Source: Acidobacteriaceae bacterium
GTDB taxonomy: Bacteria; Acidobacteriota; Terriglobia; Terriglobales; Acidobacteriaceae
Length of the DNA stretch: 54,504 nucleotides
Assembly (NCBI GenBank): GCA_030038315.1
Contig: JASHPD010000033.1
Span: 1 to 54,504 of the forward strand
Direction of reading: 5' to 3'
The notes below the pieces were generated by a model, which ran no database searches, had not been told where the DNA came from, and saw only the letters and a program-made list of their open reading frames with translations. The position numbers and the translations under genes are program-made. Position 1 is the stretch's first letter, and each line of letters opens with the position of its first letter. Shown piece after piece: positions 47,107-54,504 of the stretch.

Positions 47107-48282
47107 ATGATAAGAAAGCGTCTTCTGGTTCTCACTCCCCGATTCCCTTATCCGACGATTGGGGGAGATCGTATCCGCATTCTGCATCTTTGCAGAGCCC
47201 TGTCGGAGCGTTACGAACTTACATTACTGAGTCAGTGTGAGACACGTGAGGAGATGCAGTTCGAGCCGAAAGATGGGCTCTTTTCGAGAATTGAGCGCGT
47301 TTTTCTTCCACGATGGCGATCTTACTTGAATACCGCTCTGGCAATTCCGAGTAATCGTCCGCTGCAATTGGCGTATTACGAGTCAGCACAATTCAGAACC
47401 AGGCTCCATGAATTGGTTGCGCAAAACGATCTGACGCTGGCACACCTCATTCGCACCGGCCAATACATTGAGAACCTCGCCGTGCCCAAAATTTTAGAAA
47501 TGACTGATGCGATCTCGATGAACTATCTGCGGATGCGGGATCTCAGCGGCAACAACAGCCTGAAGAGACTTGTCTATAGAATGGAGCAGCGCCGGCTCAT
47601 GGCGTACGAATTGACAACCATCCGACAGTTTCATCGGGTGTGGCTCACATCTCAGACTGATCGCAATTTTCTTGATCCCTCCCATGCGTATCCCATTGAC
47701 GTAATTCCGAACGGTACCAACCCGGACTCGCTGCCCTTTCACGCCCCGGCTCCAGACGCCCGCGCCATCGTTTTCATCGGAAACATGGCCAGCCTTCAGA
47801 ATGAGGATGCGTGCCATTACTTTGCCCAACAGATATTGCCTGGCATACGAGCGCAGGCCAACGTCGTATTTCGAATCGTAGGCAATGCTCCCGCGACGGT
47901 ACAGCAACGCTTCCGCAAGTATCCGGGCGTAGAGATGACCGGGCGTCTTCAGCATATACAGAGCGGAGTGGAAGGGGCATTCTGCGGGGTGTGTTCGGTG
48001 CGGGCAGCGGCAGGCATTCAAAACAAAATCCTGGAGTATATGGCACTGGGATTGCCCTGTGTTACCTCGATAACCGGATTGGGAGGTGTTGAGGCTGAAC
48101 CAGAGAAGGAATTGCTGGTCTATCGTGATCCTTCCGAGGCAATCCATCACATACTCGCACTCTATGCCGACCACTCATTGCGTTTGAGATTGGCATCCGC
48201 CGGGCGAAAACTCGTGTGTGAAAAATACGACTGGCGAATGGTATATCGATCCATTGTTGATTCCGCCGAAAAGTTAGTGTAG
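47107..48282 (+). CDS. Glycosyltransferase family 4
   Basis: RFPYP..GGDRIR, IPNG, GIQNKILEYMALG. Confidence 0.9.
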   Translation: MIRKRLLVLTPRFPYPTIGGDRIRILHLCRALSERYELTLLSQCETREEMQFEPKDGLFSRIERVFLPRWRSYLNTALAIPSNRPLQLAYYESAQFRTRLHELVAQNDLTLAHLIRTGQYIENLAVPKILEMTDAISMNYLRMRDLSGNNSLKRLVYRMEQRRLMAYELTTIRQFHRVWLTSQTDRNFLDPSHAYPIDVIPNGTNPDSLPFHAPAPDARAIVFIGNMASLQNEDACHYFAQQILPGIRAQANVVFRIVGNAPATVQQRFRKYPGVEMTGRLQHIQSGVEGAFCGVCSVRAAAGIQNKILEYMALGLPCVTSITGLGGVEAEPEKELLVYRDPSEAIHHILALYADHSLRLRLASAGRKLVCEKYDWRMVYRSIVDSAEKLV

Positions 48283-48482
48283 CGCGGGTATAAGCGGGGA
48301 AATTACATCGGACCCCCATGGATCGAAATCCTCTTCGCCATCCCTGGCTCTGGCAAGCTGCGCAACGCGGCTGCACGAATACAATAGATACATCTCTCTG
48401 GCAATATCGGTAGAGGCGGCAGTGGTTCAACGCTGAAAGAAATCAGGTAGCCTATACTACCTGACAAATTCTACGAGGTGAT

Positions 48483-49511
48483 ATGTATCACAACGCTCTC
48501 ATGTCCCCCTCGGCTGCGCACGATGTTGCAATCCTGGGCGGATCAGGTTTTGTGGGACAGCGGCTTACTCCACTCTTGCATTCTGCCGGCATCCGGTTTC
48601 GAATCGGCGATCTGGCTGCTCCATCCGGCTTTCAGCATTTGTGGACACACTGCGATGTACGCGACCGGGCATCCTTACTGCCTGTCCTGCAAGGCGCCGA
48701 TACCATCCTGAACCTCGCCGCCGAACACCGGGATGATGTGCGGCCCATCTCTCGTTATTACGAAACCAATGTAAAGGGCGCTGAGGAAGTTTGTGCCGCG
48801 GCCACGAAAAGCGGAATCAGGCGGATTCTCTTTACCAGCAGTGTTGCTGTATACGGCTTTCAACCGCGGCCAGTCGATGAAAATGGCCCATTTGAGCCTT
48901 TCAATGACTATGGCACAACCAAGCTCCAGGCGGAACATGTCTACCGTGCCTGGGCTCATGAAGATCCCTCGCGCACACTCGTCATGATTCGTCCCACTGT
49001 GATCTTCGGCGAAGGCAATCGCGGAAATGTATATAACCTGTTGCGTCAGATCGCATCCGGCCGTTTCCTCATGGTTGGCGGCGGCGAAAATCGCAAGTCG
49101 ATGGCCTATGTTGGCAATGTAGCGGCTTTTCTGCTCCATTGCCTTACCTTCGGTTCCGGCGTCCATGTAATGAATTATGCAGACCGTCCGGACATGAGCA
49201 CCCGGGAGCTGGTCGGCAAAGTTCGCATGTTGATGGGTTATACAGGCAGGATTCCGGCACTCCCCAAAATGGCCGCGCTTGCTGGCGGGCACATTCTGGA
49301 TGCGATCGCACGAATATCCGGCCGAACTTTCCCCATCAGCGCAATTCGCATTGAGAAATTCTGTGCAAGCACGGAATTTCAGGCCAGCCTGGCATTCGAG
49401 TCCGGTTTTATTCCACCCTTTTCCCTGGAGAACGGCCTGGCACAAACAATCCAAAACGAATTTCAAACCTCATCTCTGTCCGCCTCTGCAATAAGCGGCG
49501 CAACCGAATGA
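48483..49511 (+). CDS. NAD-dependent epimerase/dehydratase
   Basis: GGSGFVG, NLAAEH, TSSVAVYG, YGTTK. Confidence 0.92.
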   Translation: MYHNALMSPSAAHDVAILGGSGFVGQRLTPLLHSAGIRFRIGDLAAPSGFQHLWTHCDVRDRASLLPVLQGADTILNLAAEHRDDVRPISRYYETNVKGAEEVCAAATKSGIRRILFTSSVAVYGFQPRPVDENGPFEPFNDYGTTKLQAEHVYRAWAHEDPSRTLVMIRPTVIFGEGNRGNVYNLLRQIASGRFLMVGGGENRKSMAYVGNVAAFLLHCLTFGSGVHVMNYADRPDMSTRELVGKVRMLMGYTGRIPALPKMAALAGGHILDAIARISGRTFPISAIRIEKFCASTEFQASLAFESGFIPPFSLENGLAQTIQNEFQTSSLSASAISGATE

Positions 49512-49646
49512 GTATTATGTTCCTGCATAACCCGGATGGCCTGAGCAGGAGGCCGGGTAAGCCAATCGAGGGTTGGCATATCTCATCCGAATGTATCCTA
49601 TTTCCGATTGCTTCTTTCGTCTACTGGAAAGCATAAAAACACCGCA

Positions 49647-50732
49647 ATGCCGCACCAGAAAACCATTCTCGTCACCGGCGGAGCCGGATTTGTCGGTTCA
49701 AACTTCGTGCTGCGATGGGTGCGCGAGGGCGGCAGCGCCGTGAATCTCGATCTCCAGACAATTGCCGGAAATCCCGCCAATCTTGCCTCTCTCGCAGATC
49801 ATCCGCGCCATCTGCTGATCCGCGGCGATATCTGCGATGCCGAATTGGTAAGCCATCTCCTGCGCAAGCACAGGCCCATCGCCATCGTGCATTGCGCAGC
49901 AGAAACCCACGTGGACCGTTCGATTCTCGCGCCCGAGGAATTCATTCGCACCAACATCCAGGGCACGTTTACGCTGCTCGATCAGGCAAAAGCATACTGG
50001 GCCTCGCTCGAAGAATCAGCGCGCGGAACATTCCGCTTCCTGCATGTCTCCACAGATGAAGTCTACGGCTCTTTGGGCACCGATCAGCCTGCCTTTTCCG
50101 AGATATCTCCCTACGCGCCCAACAGCCCCTACGCAGCGTCTAAAGCAGCCTCCGATCACCTCGTACGCGCTTATCATCACACCTACGGCCTGCCCACGCT
50201 GACCACTCACTGCTCTAACAACTATGGCCCGTTCCAGTTCCCGGAGAAGCTGATCCCGCTCATGATTCTCCACGTTCTCGAAGGCAAATCCTTGCCGGTT
50301 TACGGAGACGGCCTGAATATTCGAGACTGGCTCTACGTCGAAGATCATTGCTCCGCCATCTGCGCCGTGCTTGCTCATGGTCGCCCCGGCGAAACCTACA
50401 ACATCGGCAACGGCAGTGAGCACACTAATCTCGCCGTGGTCTCTGCCATATGCGATCTCCTCGATGAATTGCGTCCCGGCAAGACCATCGGATCGCACAA
50501 AAAGCTCATGCAATTCGTGCCTGATCGCCCCGGCCACGACCGACGCTACGCCATCGATACAACAAAGATCCAGAAGGAGCTGAACTGGCAGCCGATGATT
50601 CCATTCCACGAGGGCCTTCGCAGGACCGTCGAATGGTATCTCGAAAACAGCGCATGGATTGAGAACGTGCGCAGCGGCGCATACCGGGACTGGATTTGCC
50701 TGAACTACGGCGAAAGAGCCGCGCGCAAATAA
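49647..50732 (+). CDS. rfbB: dTDP-glucose 4,6-dehydratase
   Basis: TGGAGFVG, AAETHVDRSI, STDEVYG, YAASK, NNYGP.QFPEKLIP, DRPGHDRRYAID. Confidence 0.96.
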   Translation: MPHQKTILVTGGAGFVGSNFVLRWVREGGSAVNLDLQTIAGNPANLASLADHPRHLLIRGDICDAELVSHLLRKHRPIAIVHCAAETHVDRSILAPEEFIRTNIQGTFTLLDQAKAYWASLEESARGTFRFLHVSTDEVYGSLGTDQPAFSEISPYAPNSPYAASKAASDHLVRAYHHTYGLPTLTTHCSNNYGPFQFPEKLIPLMILHVLEGKSLPVYGDGLNIRDWLYVEDHCSAICAVLAHGRPGETYNIGNGSEHTNLAVVSAICDLLDELRPGKTIGSHKKLMQFVPDRPGHDRRYAIDTTKIQKELNWQPMIPFHEGLRRTVEWYLENSAWIENVRSGAYRDWICLNYGERAARK

Positions 50733-50777
50733 GATCCGGTCTCGCGCTCACCGCAACCACGCAATGCGCGCGCCGCA

Positions 50778-51761
50778 TCAGATGATGCCGGCCAGGTAGC
50801 TCTCCGCGGGCTCGCTCACTACGGGCTTGCCTGCGCCGGCCTCAAGCACCGAGGGCGAAAGCGTCATCACCGGGCAGGGCGCGTGCGCCATCACTTTGTA
50901 AACCACTCCCTGCCGCGCAATCGCCGCAAAGGCCGAGGCTCCATGCGCGCCCATCACGATCAGGCCGGTGTTACGCTTGCGGCTCAGGTAAAGCACCTCT
51001 TCTGAAGGCTCGCCGGGCACAACAAACGGTTCCGGATGAACCTTCTGCCGCAGCCGCGCCGGCACCAGCGCAAGCAGCCTGCTCTCGATTCCGCTGAAGC
51101 ATTCCTCGGTCAACGGACTCACGCAATCCTGGGGGCGAATCACGTGCTGCACAATCAGCTCCGCGTGGCTGTGCGCGGCCACTTCCGCGGCAAAGGAAGC
51201 CACAAGGCCGCCGGTCTCCATGCGGCTGACGGCGCAAAGCACCGAGCGCGAAGCGCCGCTCTCCGCCGGATGCGCGGCCGACTGCGGACCGACGATATAG
51301 ACCGGCACCGGCGAGCGGCGCAGAACGGATTCCGCCACCGAGCCCACCAGCAGCTTGCCGATGGGCCCCGGCGCGTGCGTGCCCATCACAATGCGGTCGG
51401 CGGATTTTTCCCGCGCGGCGAGCAGAATCTGGTCCGCCGCCGGTCCCGGCCGCACCACAATGCGGCAATGCACTCCCGCCGATCGTGCACGGCGCGCAAG
51501 CGGCTCAAGCGCGTGCGTCTCCGCTCGCTCCATCGCCGCAGGGTCCATGTATTCAAGCTCCGCGCCCAGGCCTTGCTCAAAGCCTGCAAGCGGCGGCGCG
51601 GCGGCGAAATGCAGCTCGCCGGCGTGGAAAAGAATCAATGTGGCATTGTGCTCAACGGCCTGCGCCAGCGCATAGCCGAAGGCCTTTTCATTCACGGGAA
51701 TCTCAGCGGCAAAAAGGATGGTGCCGGGCTTGCTCCACTCCGGCTTCAGAACGGTTGCCAT
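50778..51761 (-). CDS. Universal stress protein (tandem USP domains)
   Basis: IVMGTH..LVGSVAESVLRRSPVPV and a second IVMGAHG..APCPV; GGAGG RBS. Confidence 0.92.
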   Translation of the reverse strand: MATVLKPEWSKPGTILFAAEIPVNEKAFGYALAQAVEHNATLILFHAGELHFAAAPPLAGFEQGLGAELEYMDPAAMERAETHALEPLARRARSAGVHCRIVVRPGPAADQILLAAREKSADRIVMGTHAPGPIGKLLVGSVAESVLRRSPVPVYIVGPQSAAHPAESGASRSVLCAVSRMETGGLVASFAAEVAAHSHAELIVQHVIRPQDCVSPLTEECFSGIESRLLALVPARLRQKVHPEPFVVPGEPSEEVLYLSRKRNTGLIVMGAHGASAFAAIARQGVVYKVMAHAPCPVMTLSPSVLEAGAGKPVVSEPAESYLAGII

Positions 51762-51884
51762 GGGGACCTCCTGGCGGTACACAGACCGGCCTATGGATGG
51801 ATGGACTGACCGATTGCCTCGCGCGGACGGCGCCGGGGGATGCGTGCGCTCTCGCGTTGCTACGATTGTAGCGCCAAAGTAAGA

Positions 51885-51919
51885 CGCCGGCGGCGAAAAA
51901 AGGTTTCCCGCCGCCGGCG
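51885..51919. terminator. GC hairpin downstream of cydB
   Basis: CGCCGGCGGCG / CGCCGCCGGCG 11-bp stem. Confidence 0.5.
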
Positions 51920-51934
51920 CTTGCATTCCGCTCC

Positions 51935-52966
51935 TTACTGCTCTGCCTCCACTTTGCCCTTAAAGCGGCTGTACACAAAAACGATGTAGCAGACCGCCAG
52001 CGCCATGCCGAAGGCCCACCATGCCAGCCCCACCGCCAGCGTATGAGGCCCGCTCAGCGCGCGGCTGAGCGTAATATCGAGCTGCGGCCCGCCGGTTGCC
52101 GGCAGCAGCGTGGGATAAAGTCCAAAACAAGCGCCGGCAAGCATGAAGAAGAGATAAACGCATGAAGCCAGGAACGCCTTCAGCGAGCTTCCCTTCGCAT
52201 TCCACGCCAGAATCCCCGCGAGCGAAGCCGCCACTCCCGCCGGAATCAGAAACATGAAGGGATAGCGGGAATAGTTGTCCAGCATCGCCGGCCGCACCGC
52301 AAGCGTAGCCGCAAGGCTCGCCACGGTCAGCGCCACCAGCGCGATCCACAGCGGCTTCACCAGCTTCCGCGCGCGCCCGGCCAGGTCGCCCGCAACCTTC
52401 AGCGCCACCCACAGCGCCCCATGCAGCGTCAGCGCGATGAGCGCCACCAGCCCGCCGATCACCGTATACCAGTCGAGAATTCCCGGCGTCGGTCCCGGCC
52501 GCCAGTTCGTCCACAGCGGCAGAAAGAAGTACCCATCCGCGCGCAGCGGCACGCCGCGAATCACATTCGCCAGCGCCGCGCCATAGAAAATTGCCAGCAG
52601 CGCGCTCGCCAGCCCGAAGACCCCATCCAGCAGCGCGCGCCAGACGCCCAGGTCGATGTGATTGCGCAGCTCCAGGCTCACCCCGCGCAGTATCAGCAGC
52701 CAAAGCACAATCATCAGCGGCAGGTAAAACCCGCTGAAGGCCGAGGCGTAGAGCAGCGGAAAGGCAAAATACAGCGTCCCGCCGCCGGCCAGCAGCCAGA
52801 CCTCGTTGCCGTCCCACACCGGCCCGATCGAGCGCAAGCTCGCGCTGCGCTCCGCCTCATTGCGAACCAGAAAAAGATGGAGCACGCCCACGCCCAGGTC
52901 AAAGCCGTCCAGCACCACATAGCCGACGATCATGATGGCAACCAGCCAGAACCAGACAAATCCCAT
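51935..52966 (-). CDS. cydB: Cytochrome bd ubiquinol oxidase subunit II
   Basis: LDGFDLGVG, GPVWDGNEVWL, LRGVSLE; AGGAG RBS before ATG 52966. Confidence 0.96.
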   Translation of the reverse strand: MGFVWFWLVAIMIVGYVVLDGFDLGVGVLHLFLVRNEAERSASLRSIGPVWDGNEVWLLAGGGTLYFAFPLLYASAFSGFYLPLMIVLWLLILRGVSLELRNHIDLGVWRALLDGVFGLASALLAIFYGAALANVIRGVPLRADGYFFLPLWTNWRPGPTPGILDWYTVIGGLVALIALTLHGALWVALKVAGDLAGRARKLVKPLWIALVALTVASLAATLAVRPAMLDNYSRYPFMFLIPAGVAASLAGILAWNAKGSSLKAFLASCVYLFFMLAGACFGLYPTLLPATGGPQLDITLSRALSGPHTLAVGLAWWAFGMALAVCYIVFVYSRFKGKVEAEQ

Positions 52967-52997
52967 TTTTTGCTCCTTATTCTTTGCTCCTTCTGGA

Positions 52998-53117
52998 CTA
53001 CAGCAAAACCACAGTAGGTATGTCTCGAAGCCGCAACTGCTGAGTGGATTTTTCCTCAAGAAAAATCCACTTTCCACAAAGCCACAAAAGGATACAGTTA
53101 CTGTGGTTTTGCTCTAG
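52998..53117. mobile_element. MITE-like element between cydA and cydB
   Basis: TIR CTACAGCAAAACCACAGTA / TACTGTGGTTTTGCTCTAG (18/19); internal 11-bp hairpin. Confidence 0.85.
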
Positions 53118-54454
53118 TGGCTCGCGGACGCAAGCTCCGGCCCGCGGCTGATCTCCCGGTACACCAGCACCGTAAACAGCAGCCCCAGCAACAGATACAT
53201 GCCCATGAACCCAATCAGCGTAAACAACCCGTTCCCCGCCGAAACCGTCGGCGAGTAGCCCTCGCTCGTCCGCATCAGCCCATAGATCAGCCACGGCTGC
53301 CGTCCCAGCTCCGCCGTCATCCAGCCTGCGGTGTTGGCAATGTAAGGCAGCGGAAAGGTAATCAGCAGCGCCCACAGCGCCCATCGCGCGCCGTAGAGCC
53401 TGCGCCGCCACAGCAGGAACGCGCAAACAATCATCAGCAGCGCAAACCACGTTCCCAGCCCCGCCATGATGTGGTAGGCGTAGTAGAGCAGCGGCAGCGC
53501 CGTAGGCCACTGGTCGCGCGGAATCTCGTCCAATCCCTTCACCTCGGCCTTCGTCGTGCCATAGATCAGAAAGCTCAGCACATTGTTCACCACAATCGGA
53601 TTGTCGATCTGCTGCGTCTCCTCATTCGGCTGGCCCATCAGCACAATCCCCGCGCCGGCCTCGCTGTGAAAAAGCCCTTCCATCCCCGCAATCGCCGCCG
53701 GCTGGTGCCGCGCCACGTACTTGCCGTGCAGATCGCCGGTGGGAAAGATGATGACGATCGAAGCAATCACGCCGGCAACCACGCCGACCTTGAGAAAAGC
53801 GCGCCCATACTCCAGGTGCTTCCCGTCGAGCAGGTAAAACGCTCCCACCGCCGCCATCACAAACGATGCCGTAACCACCGCGCCCGTCATGTTGTGCGCG
53901 TACTGGATCAGCCCCCACGGATTCGACAGCAGTTGCCAGAAGCTCACCACCTCATAGCGCCCATTCGCCGCCTGGTAAGCCACCGGATGCTGCATCCACG
54001 CATCGGTAACGATGATGAAGAACCCCGAGATCCACGACCCCGCAAAGACCATGAAGGCCGAAAGCCAGTGCAGACGCTTCGAGAGGTGCTTGCCGCCGTA
54101 AAGAAACAAACCCAGAAACGCCGACTCCAGAAAAAAGCTGAAGACGCCTTCCATCGCCAGCGGCTGCCCGATCACACCGCCGGAAACCCGTGAAAACTGC
54201 GCCCAATTCGTGCCGAACTGGAACTCCATCGGAATCCCCGTAACAACGCCCATCACAAAGTTGATCCCGAAGATGCGCCCCCAGAATTGCGCCGCCTTAT
54301 CCCACAGGGCAGCCCTCTCCGGATCGCGCACCCGCAGCGCCGCAGTCTTCAGCACCACAATCAGCAGCGCCAGCCCCATCGTGAGCTGCGGAAAGAGGTA
54401 ATGAAAAGTAATCGTGAAAGCAAAGTGCAGCCGATCGATCAGCTCAGCGTTCAT
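53114..54454 (-). CDS. cydA: Cytochrome bd ubiquinol oxidase subunit I
   Basis: FHYLF, GVVTGIPMEFQFGTNW, FFLESAF, WMQHP, ELGRQPW. Confidence 0.97.
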   Translation of the reverse strand: MNAELIDRLHFAFTITFHYLFPQLTMGLALLIVVLKTAALRVRDPERAALWDKAAQFWGRIFGINFVMGVVTGIPMEFQFGTNWAQFSRVSGGVIGQPLAMEGVFSFFLESAFLGLFLYGGKHLSKRLHWLSAFMVFAGSWISGFFIIVTDAWMQHPVAYQAANGRYEVVSFWQLLSNPWGLIQYAHNMTGAVVTASFVMAAVGAFYLLDGKHLEYGRAFLKVGVVAGVIASIVIIFPTGDLHGKYVARHQPAAIAGMEGLFHSEAGAGIVLMGQPNEETQQIDNPIVVNNVLSFLIYGTTKAEVKGLDEIPRDQWPTALPLLYYAYHIMAGLGTWFALLMIVCAFLLWRRRLYGARWALWALLITFPLPYIANTAGWMTAELGRQPWLIYGLMRTSEGYSPTVSAGNGLFTLIGFMGMYLLLGLLFTVLVYREISRGPELASASH

Positions 54455-54504
54455 GCAGGCTCCCCGCTCAGGCCCAATTTCGTAACCAGTTTCGTACCCG
54501 GCTC

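Noticed and set aside
52967-53077. N-terminal extension of CydB in the ORF track
   Set aside because: It is read through the intergenic MITE; the RBS supports ATG 52966

Overview
High-GC bacterial chromosome segment, probably Acidobacteriota (inferred from gene content and REP-like palindromes). The left backbone has padR and a partner gene, an FAD/Fe-S oxidoreductase, a MazF-type toxin-antitoxin (TA) pair, rbfA-DHH, a PQQ sugar dehydrogenase and purF-purL. An ~18.5 kb integrative mobilisable element (13710-32207) follows. It carries a complete type I-C CRISPR-Cas system (cas3-5-8c[+hidden cas11]-7-4-1-2; 37 repeats, 36 spacers), a MerR-HTH/PIN TA pair, a MOB_P module (mobC-oriT-mobB-relaxase), two orphan genes, an excisionase and a tyrosine integrase. 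Unusually, the element duplicates the 5' half of tRNA-Leu(CAA) and sits upstream of the intact tRNA. The host tRNA promoter therefore points into cas3, and an 18-bp inverted repeat split between the two ends joins only in the excised circle. The right part is a Wzx/Wzy polysaccharide locus (with an FkbM-like gene broken by a MITE), usp and cydAB. Several short MITE/REP elements are scattered through the backbone. All calls come from reading the sequence by eye; no database searches were run.
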